From: an uncultured Rubripirellula sp.
Lineage (GTDB): Bacteria > Planctomycetota > Planctomycetia > Pirellulales > Pirellulaceae
Length of the DNA stretch: 64,000 nucleotides
Direction of reading: 5' to 3'
Assembly (NCBI GenBank): GCA_938085445.1
Contig: CALKGR010000001.1
Location: 151,792 to 215,791, forward strand
Below the pieces are notes generated by a model that was given only the letters and a program-made list of their open reading frames with translations, ran no database searches and was not told the origin of the DNA. Shown here in pieces: positions 50,205 through 59,599 of the stretch. The position numbers were made by a program, and so were the translations under genes. Every line of letters begins with the position of its first letter. Position 1 is the first letter of the stretch.

Positions 50205-51763
50205 CGATGAACATGAAAACCACATCTCGCCTCATTTGCACGGCAATCGTTCTTTTAGGCCTTCAACTGGCTGTTGGTTTTCACTTCGCGTTAGGGAAAC
50301 ATCCTGACATTGTCATGATTGCGATCGATGACCTACGTCCGATGCTCGGGTGCTATGGTGATCAAAGGATCAAGAGCCCCAACATCGATTCACTGGCGAA
50401 GAGTGGAATTGTTTTTGAACGAGCGTATTGCCAATACGCCAAGTGCGGCACTTCACGGTTGTCGCTGATGCTGGGACTCAGACCGGACTCGATTGGGATT
50501 TTCAGCAATAAGGCCACGGAAGCCAAAAATTTCCGTGCAAATCATCCTGATGTTGACTCAATTGCCGGCTGTTTGAAAAAATCCGGCTATTACACGCAAA
50601 GCTTTGGCAAAATTTATCACGACGGTTGGGACCATCAAAATGATTGGTCGACCGACTCGCAGCCCGGACGCGACGGGGAAATGCTTGAAGTCACAGACAC
50701 CCAAGATGTCTCGCGGCCAACAGTTATCGCCGAGCGACTGGACTGCCCCGTTCTGCAGGCTCCTGACGTCAAGGATGATCACCTGTTTGCCGGCCGCATG
50801 GCAACGAAAGTCATCGACACCCTCAATCACTTCAAGAACCAAAGCCCTCTTTTCTTGGCCATTGGTTTTCGAAGACCCCACTTGCCATTTGTCGCACCGA
50901 AATCCTACTTTGATCAATATCTAGTCGATGATTCATGGCTGGCTACCAATCAACGTCCCGCGACAGATGCACCGTTAATGGCATGGTTCAACTCAGATGG
51001 GTACGCAGGTTCAGCTCGAAAAGCCGGGCTGATCATGCCACTGCGTCCTGACTTTGACGAGGCAAGAGATTGGAACGGCTATGAAATGCGGAGTTATCGC
51101 GGCGTTCCTAACAAAGGCCCGATTCCCCGCGCAACGCAACTCGAATTAGTCCATGCTTATGCCGCGTGCATCAGCTATGTCGATGCGCAGATTGGTCGCA
51201 TTCTGGAGAACATGAAACAGTCGCCGCGATTCAAAAATGCAGTGATTGTATTGTGGTCTGATCATGGGTGGCACTTGGGTGAACACTCAGCTTGGGGAAA
51301 AATGACCAATTTTGAAATTGCCACGCGTGTTCCATTGATCATATCTGCTCCCCAATTGACCCCGGGTCGCACCGATCACCTCTCTGAATTGGTTGATCTC
51401 TATCCAACGCTTTGCGATCTTGCACAAGTTCCCAAGCCCGAACACTTGGAAGGTGACAGTCTGCTTCCAGCACTGCATCAAGATAACGGGTCGGAAAACC
51501 GGCAGACGAAGTCAGTAGCACTGAGTCAGTACACACGGTTTCGTGACAGGTACATGGGGCGTGCAATCCGTACCCGGAATTACCGTTATGTAGCCTGGTT
51601 TGATCAACGCGAAAACAGGATTGTCGCTCGCGAACTTTACGATCATCGGGTTGATTCAGACGAGAACACCAACTTGGCTGCACAGAAAGAACACGGGGCG
51701 ACAGTAGCAAATCTTGACAAGCAACTGCACCGTCTTTTCAAGTTGCCCATGCCTGTGCCGTGA
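50201..51763 (+). CDS. Sulfatase (iduronate-2-sulfatase-like)
   Basis: IAIDDLRP, CGTSRLSLMLG, GKIYH, RRPHLPF, WSDHGWHLGEH. Confidence 0.9.
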   Translation: MTMNMKTTSRLICTAIVLLGLQLAVGFHFALGKHPDIVMIAIDDLRPMLGCYGDQRIKSPNIDSLAKSGIVFERAYCQYAKCGTSRLSLMLGLRPDSIGIFSNKATEAKNFRANHPDVDSIAGCLKKSGYYTQSFGKIYHDGWDHQNDWSTDSQPGRDGEMLEVTDTQDVSRPTVIAERLDCPVLQAPDVKDDHLFAGRMATKVIDTLNHFKNQSPLFLAIGFRRPHLPFVAPKSYFDQYLVDDSWLATNQRPATDAPLMAWFNSDGYAGSARKAGLIMPLRPDFDEARDWNGYEMRSYRGVPNKGPIPRATQLELVHAYAACISYVDAQIGRILENMKQSPRFKNAVIVLWSDHGWHLGEHSAWGKMTNFEIATRVPLIISAPQLTPGRTDHLSELVDLYPTLCDLAQVPKPEHLEGDSLLPALHQDNGSENRQTKSVALSQYTRFRDRYMGRAIRTRNYRYVAWFDQRENRIVARELYDHRVDSDENTNLAAQKEHGATVANLDKQLHRLFKLPMPVP

Positions 51764-51856
51764 TTCTGATATCGACGACTGGAATTTTCAGCTAATTCGT
51801 TAGACTATGTATTCTGAAAGTCTTCTTCCATTCTTCCACTGACCTTAGCTGAATCC

Positions 51857-52378
51857 ATGCCACACATTGGACCCATGATCGCCGCCTCCGCAAAACTGGG
51901 GCTCGGCTACGCAGAGCGTTTACTCAAAGACATCCCTGCCGAAAGATATGCACGTTTCGCACAGGTGCAAGACACAACCATCGAGTCAAACCATCCAGCT
52001 TTCATTTACGGGCATCTTGGTCTCTACGCCTCGCGTGTAATCGCTGAACTCGGCTGTGACGCGTCTGCCTACACCCCGTCCGCTGAATACGAAAAAATAT
52101 TCTCAAAGGATGCCGTTTGCGTTGATGATCCAAACAACTCCATCTATCCAGCCATGGAAGAAGTGAACACTCACTTGTTCACCAATTATCAAGCCGCCAT
52201 TGCTGCGCTTGAACAGGCTGAAGATGAAGTTTTCCAGCAACAAAATCCTAACGAGGCTATGCGTGAAAAGTTCGCAACCATCGGAGCGATGCACGGATTC
52301 TATGTTGGTGGTCACTTCATGATGCACATGGGCCAAATGAGCGCATGGCGTCGAATGGCTGGTTTAGGTCCTGCTTGA
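51857..52378 (+). CDS. DinB/YfiT family protein
   Basis: NHPAFIYGHL ... HFMMHMGQMSAWRR metal-binding His pattern. Confidence 0.8.
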   Translation: MPHIGPMIAASAKLGLGYAERLLKDIPAERYARFAQVQDTTIESNHPAFIYGHLGLYASRVIAELGCDASAYTPSAEYEKIFSKDAVCVDDPNNSIYPAMEEVNTHLFTNYQAAIAALEQAEDEVFQQQNPNEAMREKFATIGAMHGFYVGGHFMMHMGQMSAWRRMAGLGPA

Positions 52379-52550
52379 TTGCTGCTAATCGACGGGTTGA
52401 CCCCTACCAATCATTCTCGAACGTGCTGGCTGCCAGTTATTGATCTGATGACGGGCAGTCACAAATGAGTACTTCATGCGGATTGCTGGCGTGAACTAAC
52501 GACCTTTGAATTCAAATTCAAATCGACCACTTCATCCGAAGAAAGCTCAC

Positions 52551-53891
52551 ATGCACGACTGGAAACCCAGCTCATGGCAAAAGAAAACTGCCGCCCAGCA
52601 ACCGCTGTATGACAACCACGATGAAATCGGCAACGTGGTAGATGAGCTATCGGAACGCCCGCCTCTGGTCACCAGCTGGGAGGTCGAAAGGCTCAAGGGT
52701 CAGCTCGCAATCGCAGCAAGCGGAAAAGCGTTCTTACTGCAGGGTGGTGACTGCAGCGAAAGTTTTCAGGCCTGTCGCGCTGATCCCATTGCGAAAAAGT
52801 TGAAGGTGTTGTTGCAGATGAGCTTGGTACTCGTCTATGGAATGAATAAACCGGTCATTCGCGTTGGTCGCATTGCAGGACAATATGCAAAACCGAGGTC
52901 CAGTGACAATGAGACTCGCGATGGTGTGACCCTTCCTTCTTACCGTGGCGACTGCGTCAATCGAATTCCCTTCACGACGGAAGATCGAAAAAATCGCCCG
53001 GAATTGCTTTTGGAAGCCTACAGCCGATCAGCTCAAACATTGAACTACTTACGAGCTCTTGCAGAAGGAGGTTTCGCAGACATTCATCATCCTGAAAACT
53101 GGGAACTCGATTTTGTTACTCAGTCCAAGAAATCTCAGCAGTATCATCAACTTGTCGCAGGAATAAGTGACTCTCTTCGGTTTGTCGAAACCATCGGTGG
53201 TGTCGCCAGTGGCGACCTGTCTCGTGTTGATTTTTACACTTCTCATGAAGCACTGTTACTGCCCTATGAGCAGGCACTGACTCGCCAATCCATCAGCGGC
53301 AGTGGCTGGTACAACCTTGGAACCCATTATCCATGGATTGGTGACCGCACTCGCGCGATTGATGGCGCGCACATCGAGTACTTTCGTGGGATCGAAAATC
53401 CGATTGGGCTGAAAGTCGGCCCCACCGCATCGGCAACCGAGTTGATCGACTTGATTCGGATTTTGAATCCTCAGCGGCAAGCAGGGCGACTGACGCTCAT
53501 CTGTCGTTTCGGTGCACACAGGATCAAAGACTGCTTACCTCACCTGATCGAAGCGGTACAAAAGGACAATCATCCCGTTTTGTGGTCCATCGACCCCATG
53601 CATGGCAACACAATGACAACAGACAGCGGCTTCAAAACACGGCATTTTGATCAAATCCTGAGTGAAGTGCGTGACTCCTTCTCAATCCATCAACAACAGG
53701 GCTCAGTCGTCGGTGGAATCCATCTTGAGTTGACGGGAAATGACGTGACCGAATGTATCGGTGGTACAGGAGGCCTGCAGTCAGCCGACCTAAAAAGAGC
53801 CTATGAAAGTACTGTGGATCCAAGGTTGAACTACGAACAAGCGATGGAAATCGCTTTTCTGATTGCTGGCCAAGCTCGAGAACCAAACTGA
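52551..53891 (+). CDS. Class II 3-deoxy-7-phosphoheptulonate (DAHP) synthase
   Basis: LLQGGDCSE, GRIAGQYAKPRS, SHEALLLPYE, WIGDRTR, DPMHGNT, DPRLN. Confidence 0.95.
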   Translation: MHDWKPSSWQKKTAAQQPLYDNHDEIGNVVDELSERPPLVTSWEVERLKGQLAIAASGKAFLLQGGDCSESFQACRADPIAKKLKVLLQMSLVLVYGMNKPVIRVGRIAGQYAKPRSSDNETRDGVTLPSYRGDCVNRIPFTTEDRKNRPELLLEAYSRSAQTLNYLRALAEGGFADIHHPENWELDFVTQSKKSQQYHQLVAGISDSLRFVETIGGVASGDLSRVDFYTSHEALLLPYEQALTRQSISGSGWYNLGTHYPWIGDRTRAIDGAHIEYFRGIENPIGLKVGPTASATELIDLIRILNPQRQAGRLTLICRFGAHRIKDCLPHLIEAVQKDNHPVLWSIDPMHGNTMTTDSGFKTRHFDQILSEVRDSFSIHQQQGSVVGGIHLELTGNDVTECIGGTGGLQSADLKRAYESTVDPRLNYEQAMEIAFLIAGQAREPN

Positions 53892-53968
53892 CATAGCACT
53901 CAAGTGCCGTTACGAAGATTGTCGCTGCCAATGTCGATGCCCGTATCCCTGGAATCACACAGACTCCA

Positions 53969-54337
53969 ATGCCCCGGCTTTCCCGAACAGAACGCAAAGC
54001 AAGTCACGCAGGACAACCGGCCTGCATCACTCCTATCCACGAGGCTGTGACCACGGCAGTTCTCAACCTGATGGAAGGTGAGGTCGTAAGTTTTAGTGAC
54101 ATTGCTGGGAAAGCGGGGCACCCCCGAGCCGCCCGGGCCGCGGGAGCGATTTTGAGCAAATCTGGTGACAGCCTGCCGTGGTGGCGTGTCGTCTATGCCA
54201 ATGGACACCTACCGCCATGTAACCCCAGCCTTCAAGCCGAACGATTGATGGCTGAAGGCGTTCAATTGCGTGGATTCCGCATTATGGCATCACCTCTGGG
54301 TCGTTTCCGACCTCCTCAAAACAAGACGGATACATAA
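53969..54337 (+). CDS. Alkyltransferase-like (ATL) DNA-binding protein, MGMT family
   Basis: GEVVSFSDIA, PRAARAAG, LPWWRVV (Trp in place of the catalytic Cys of PCHR). Confidence 0.82.
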   Translation: MPRLSRTERKASHAGQPACITPIHEAVTTAVLNLMEGEVVSFSDIAGKAGHPRAARAAGAILSKSGDSLPWWRVVYANGHLPPCNPSLQAERLMAEGVQLRGFRIMASPLGRFRPPQNKTDT

Positions 54338-54465
54338 TCCTTCATAGAATGATCGGGCGGCGGCTCAAATTTGCAGCAGTTCCGGCTAAACTACTTGAGT
54401 AGTGACAAGCAAATCCCCGCTGCACACCCCACGCACGCTCACTCAACGATATCGAGCCGAACTTC

Positions 54466-56142
54466 ATGAGAATGATGACCACACTGAAGGTTTTATTTAC
54501 GCTGTCGATCACTGTATTCAGTTGCCTGACTACCTCAGCAGCAGAACCTCCCAACATCCTGTTCATCATGTCTGATGACCACACGGCGCAAGCAGTGGGA
54601 GCTTACGCCACGTTGTTGAAAAATCTCAATCCGACGCCCAATATCGATCAGATAGCTGCAGAGGGAATTTGCTTTGATAATGCGTTCTGCACCAATGCGA
54701 TCTGCACTCCCTCGCGAGCTTGCATCATCACGGGTCAGTACAATCACATCAATGGCGTCTTTGATCTTGGTGGAAGAATCGAACGAGACAAACAGGCTCT
54801 GCCCAGACTGATGCGATCCGCCGGTTACCAGACAGCAATGATTGGTAAATGGCACCTCAAAGTTGAGCCCAATTTCGACTACTACAAAGTGTTGCCCGGC
54901 CAAGGAAAATACTTCAACACAGAATTCCGAGTTCAAGGCGACAAGAAGTGGCCCAAAAATGTGATCAAGTATCCTGGCTCACATTCCTCTGATGTGATCA
55001 CTGATGCGACCCTCGAATGGTTCAAAAATCACCGCGATACAGAGAAGCCATTTTTTGTCTGCCATCAATTTAAGGCACCGCACGACTACTTTGAAAGTCA
55101 CCCCCGGTATGACAGTTACTTGGCAAACACAGATATCCCTGAACCCGAATCGTTATGGACCAAACCTGATACTTGGGGCTCACTTGCAACGCGTGGATAC
55201 AAGGATGAACTCGTACCCCACATCGGAACTTCCATCGGCCGACGAAATCCGCGCAGGTCTTATGCCGCTGACCTCCCGGTAAAATTCCCCGAGGAATTCA
55301 AGTGGGACTACCGAGACCCAAACCTTTCCAACGAACAAGTCAAACGACTCTCTTATCAAGCCTATCTGAAAAAGTATCTTCGTTGTGTCAAAGGTGTCGA
55401 TGACAACATGAAACGTCTGATGGACTATCTGAAAGCAGAAGACCTTTATGACAATACGCTAATCATCTACACCGGAGATCAAGGCTTTTGGCTCGGTGAA
55501 AAAGATTATCAGGACAAACGCTGGGCATATGATGAGTCTGCACGCATGCCCTTCATCGTTCGATACCCAAAAGCAATTCCTCAGGGGGTGCGCAGTGATG
55601 CCATCATCGAAAACATCGACTACCCAGCCTTAATGCTTGATTACGCAGGTGTATCAATACCAGCAGAAATGCAGGGACGTTCGTTCCGCCAAATTTGTGA
55701 AACTGGCAAGGAACCGGATAACTGGAAGCAGGCCACCTACTACAGGTATTGGATGCACATGGCACACCATGACAATCCGGGCGAGATGGCGATGCGTACC
55801 AAGACCCACAAACTGATCTATTTCTATGGCTGTAATTACCAAGGGGAATCTCTGACACCCCCGGCGTGGGAACTGTATGACCTGACGTCAGACCCGAACG
55901 AATTGAACAATGTCTATGACCACCCTGAATACAAAACAATTCGAGAGCATCTGAAGTCACAGTTCGCACAATTGCGACTGGAAATTGGAGACGACGGATC
56001 ACACTATCCGGAATGCGAAGCAATTGTTCAAGAGTTTTGGGACTACGATCAGGCAGATCGTGAGAAAGCAATCAAAATCTCGCGGGCTTTTCTGAACAAA
56101 CGTGAGTCCGAACTTGCAGATATCAAGAATAAGCAAAAGTAG
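54466..56142 (+). CDS. Sulfatase (N-acetylglucosamine-6-sulfatase-like)
   Basis: PNILFIMSDDH, CTPSRACIITG, GKWHL, KAPH, GDQG, DKRW. Confidence 0.92.
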   Translation: MRMMTTLKVLFTLSITVFSCLTTSAAEPPNILFIMSDDHTAQAVGAYATLLKNLNPTPNIDQIAAEGICFDNAFCTNAICTPSRACIITGQYNHINGVFDLGGRIERDKQALPRLMRSAGYQTAMIGKWHLKVEPNFDYYKVLPGQGKYFNTEFRVQGDKKWPKNVIKYPGSHSSDVITDATLEWFKNHRDTEKPFFVCHQFKAPHDYFESHPRYDSYLANTDIPEPESLWTKPDTWGSLATRGYKDELVPHIGTSIGRRNPRRSYAADLPVKFPEEFKWDYRDPNLSNEQVKRLSYQAYLKKYLRCVKGVDDNMKRLMDYLKAEDLYDNTLIIYTGDQGFWLGEKDYQDKRWAYDESARMPFIVRYPKAIPQGVRSDAIIENIDYPALMLDYAGVSIPAEMQGRSFRQICETGKEPDNWKQATYYRYWMHMAHHDNPGEMAMRTKTHKLIYFYGCNYQGESLTPPAWELYDLTSDPNELNNVYDHPEYKTIREHLKSQFAQLRLEIGDDGSHYPECEAIVQEFWDYDQADREKAIKISRAFLNKRESELADIKNKQK

Positions 56143-56429
56143 TGCTGCAAAAGCCTTTCCGCCAGCCCAGCACAGAGCACAAAGTCAACCGTTTCAATCG
56201 AGATACCTGCATGATCTCAAGTTGCATGACCCTGATGCTGGTTGAGCTTGCCCCACGCCTTACGGCACGAACAAGGCGACACGCTTACTGTGTCCTGAAC
56301 ATTCATCCCTTGGTGCAGCGGACAAGAATTCCTTGCTGATGGTGATTCCCTGTCGGACAAGCATCACATGCACTACGATTTGTCGGCACCACGCGTTCGC
56401 CACAAGACCATTTTCAACGAGCCTGACGA

Positions 56430-58226
56430 ATGAAACACATTCGGAACTTTTGCATCATTGCACACATTGACCACGGAAAGTCAACTTTAGCTGACCGACT
56501 CATCCAAGCCTGTGGTGGTGTGACACAGCGCGAGTTTCAGGACCAGATGCTGGATTCCATGGACATCGAACGAGAACGCGGCATCACAATCAAGAGCAAT
56601 ACTGTATCGCTGTCATACACGGCGAAAGATGGTGAAGAGTATCTTTTAAATCTGATTGACACACCGGGCCACGTCGACTTTTCTCATGAGGTGCGACGAT
56701 CTCTGATGGCCTGTGAAGGTGCATTGATGGTCGTCGACGCGTCGCAAGGTGTTGAAGCGCAAACAGTGGCAAACCTCTATCTCGCCCTCGAATATGATCT
56801 GGAAATGCTGGCGATCATCAACAAAATTGATTTACCTGCAGCTGACGTTGATCGCGTACGTGAGGAAATCGATTCGGACCTCGGCTTGGATCCATTCGAA
56901 GCGATTCCCGTATCTGCAAAAACAGGTGAAGGCATACAAGATGTGCTGGAAGGAATTGTCACCCAATTAACCTGCCCGTCCGGAGATCCAGATGCACCTC
57001 TCAAAGCCCTAGTTTTTGATGCCCACTTTGACAAATACCGGGGAGTAATTCTTCAATGCCGGGTGGTACAGGGAACACTGAAACCACGGCAAATCATTCA
57101 CTTCATGCACTCCGGGCGTGATTACAAGGTTGATGAACTGGGCTACAACCAATTCAAGTTAAATCCAAAAGAGCAACTCAGCGCAGGAGAAGTCGGCTAT
57201 ATCGTGGCTGGCGTCAAGAGCGTCCAAGACATTGAGATTGGTGATACGATCACAGCACTGGATCGTCAAGCTGACGAACCAATCCCCGGGTACCAGGAGG
57301 CCCGTCAGGTCGTCTTTTCATCGGTCTATCCGATGAGCACAGATGAATATCAGGACCTGACCAAAGCACTCGACAAACTTGCCATCAATGATGCTGCATT
57401 GACCTACGAAAAAGACAGTTCTGCAGCACTTGGCTTTGGATTTCGATGTGGGTTCCTCGGTTTATTGCATCTGGATGTCATTCAAGAACGCTTGCAGCGT
57501 GAGTTTGATATTGGACTGGTCATCTCCGCTCCCTCTGTGAAGTACAAATTGAACCTGAAGGATGGTACCACGATTGAGGTGGACAACCCCAGTTACTGGC
57601 CCGACCCCACCAATATTGACTCTGCCTCAGAACCATACATCAAGGCATCTATTCTTACGCCTGAAGAGTATGTCGGCCCGGTAATGGAACTATGCCGCGA
57701 ACATCGCTCTGAAACTCAAACGATGAACTATTTATCAGCTGGCAGAGTCGAGGTCAGCAGTGAGATGCCGCTGGGCGAAGTGCTATTTGATTTTTATGGC
57801 AAACTCAAAATGATCACGCGGGGATATGGATCGTTTGACTACGTTCCAATCGAATATCGCGCAACTGATGTTGTCAAAGTAGACATTCTTGTCAACAAGG
57901 AACCCATCGACGCGTTGGCCTACCTCGTTCACCGAGAAAAAGCACGGGCCCGGGCTTTACATTATTGTGAGCAATTAGCAGAGGCCATTCCAAGACATCA
58001 ATTCAAAATTCCCATTCAGGGAGCCATTGGGGGGACGATCATTGCACGTGCCACCATTCAGCCTTATCGCAAGGATGTCACCGCAAAACTTTACGGTGGT
58101 GATGTGACTCGCAAGAAGAAACTGCTTGAGAAACAAAAAAAGGGCAAGGCCAAAATGAAGCAATTTGGTAGCGTCAACATCCCTCAGAAAGCTTTCGTTT
58201 CAGTGCTACGCGCTGACAAAGACTGA
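56430..58226 (+). CDS. lepA: Elongation factor 4 (LepA)
   Basis: IRNFCIIAHIDHGKSTLADR, ERERGITIK, LGFGFRCGFLGLLH, RKDVTAKLYGGDVTRKKKLLEKQK. Confidence 0.97.
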   Translation: MKHIRNFCIIAHIDHGKSTLADRLIQACGGVTQREFQDQMLDSMDIERERGITIKSNTVSLSYTAKDGEEYLLNLIDTPGHVDFSHEVRRSLMACEGALMVVDASQGVEAQTVANLYLALEYDLEMLAIINKIDLPAADVDRVREEIDSDLGLDPFEAIPVSAKTGEGIQDVLEGIVTQLTCPSGDPDAPLKALVFDAHFDKYRGVILQCRVVQGTLKPRQIIHFMHSGRDYKVDELGYNQFKLNPKEQLSAGEVGYIVAGVKSVQDIEIGDTITALDRQADEPIPGYQEARQVVFSSVYPMSTDEYQDLTKALDKLAINDAALTYEKDSSAALGFGFRCGFLGLLHLDVIQERLQREFDIGLVISAPSVKYKLNLKDGTTIEVDNPSYWPDPTNIDSASEPYIKASILTPEEYVGPVMELCREHRSETQTMNYLSAGRVEVSSEMPLGEVLFDFYGKLKMITRGYGSFDYVPIEYRATDVVKVDILVNKEPIDALAYLVHREKARARALHYCEQLAEAIPRHQFKIPIQGAIGGTIIARATIQPYRKDVTAKLYGGDVTRKKKLLEKQKKGKAKMKQFGSVNIPQKAFVSVLRADKD

Positions 58227-58325
58227 AATCCTGAACGTAGTCAGACGAAAGACCGCCTAGCAGAGAGAAAGCGTCGCAAACTACTTACGCAGTTAGGATT
58301 TTTCCGTGAGCATTTTGCAGCTAAC

Positions 58326-59495
58326 ATGATCACAGGCAACAAAGAACTCACCAGTCATTCGATGGACACCACGGCCATGCCCCGAACTGCCAAGGGCGCA
58401 CATACCTTACCCGGCGAGTATTTCACGGCGCGAGAAGTCTACGATCAGGAAACCGACCGGATTTTTTCGAAATCTTGGATCTGTGTAGGAAGAGCTTCTT
58501 CCGTACCCAATCCTGGAGATTTTTTTCTACATGAAATGGACGGTGAAAGTCTTATCATCATTCGTGCGGAATCGGGGCAGATCAATTGTCTTTACAATGT
58601 CTGCCGGCATCGCGGCACCAGACTGCAGAAAGAACCATGTGGACAGATAAAAAGCAGATTGCACTGCCCCTATCACGCATGGGCCTATGACACCGATGGA
58701 AATTTGAAGTCGGCACCCAACATGATGGGGAAAACAGATTTTTGCGAACAAGATCATTCTCTGCAGACCGCGGCTTGTGTTGTCTGGCAAGGATTTATCC
58801 TGATCAACCAACAGCGACAAGTCGCCTCATTCAAGAACGACTTTGGTAATGTTCTGAACCGCTTTGATAACTGGGAACTCGACCGGCTAGTGAGCGTACA
58901 CGAAATTATCTACCAAGTGCACGCGAACTGGAAAGTCATCTTTCAGAATTACAGTGAGTGCTATCACTGCTCGCTCGTGCACCCCCAGCTGCGCCCGATC
59001 ACCTCTGTAGAAACGGCATCAAATGATTTCGAAAAGGGGCATTTCCTCGGTGGACCTATGATTCTGGCGGACGACTACCAAACCGTCACAATGAACGGCA
59101 AATGGTGCGGCTCACCGCTGCAAGAACTTTCTACAGAAGATTTGAGGCGAGTCTACTTCTACACCCTGTGCCCTTCTCTGTTCATCAGTCCACATCCTGA
59201 TTACGTTCTGACGCATCGCATCGAACGAGTTGATGTCGACTCGACTCGCATCGTTTGCAACTGGCTATTTCCCCAAGAAGTCGCAGCACGGGATACTTTC
59301 AATGCAAGTGAAGCCATTGAATTCTGGGACCTCACCAATCGCCAGGATTGGGAAATTTGCGAACTGACCCAACTGGGAGTCCAGTCCCGCGTCTACCGGC
59401 CTGGCCCCTATTCCGGACTTGAAAGCATGCTGGCTGCGTTTGATCGCCATTACCTTTCTTTAATGGCCACCGAATCCGAAACATCATCCCGCTAA
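58326..59495 (+). CDS. Rieske non-heme iron oxygenase alpha subunit (GbcA/choline monooxygenase-like)
   Basis: NVCRHRG...CPYHAW Rieske site; NWK...ECYHCSLVHP; QDWEICE. Confidence 0.9.
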   Translation: MITGNKELTSHSMDTTAMPRTAKGAHTLPGEYFTAREVYDQETDRIFSKSWICVGRASSVPNPGDFFLHEMDGESLIIIRAESGQINCLYNVCRHRGTRLQKEPCGQIKSRLHCPYHAWAYDTDGNLKSAPNMMGKTDFCEQDHSLQTAACVVWQGFILINQQRQVASFKNDFGNVLNRFDNWELDRLVSVHEIIYQVHANWKVIFQNYSECYHCSLVHPQLRPITSVETASNDFEKGHFLGGPMILADDYQTVTMNGKWCGSPLQELSTEDLRRVYFYTLCPSLFISPHPDYVLTHRIERVDVDSTRIVCNWLFPQEVAARDTFNASEAIEFWDLTNRQDWEICELTQLGVQSRVYRPGPYSGLESMLAAFDRHYLSLMATESETSSR

Positions 59496-59599
59496 CACAG
59501 GTTCCACACCTGACCGTTCGTGGTCATGCCGGCCCGACCATGGACGGCCAGACGACTGCAATCTGGCATTCTCTGAGCTGGCATTCTCTGAGTTCTGAA

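Noticed and set aside
59563..59592. 15-bp tandem duplication ctggcattctctgag x2
   Set aside because: Real but only two copies in a short convergent intergenic gap; no function can be argued
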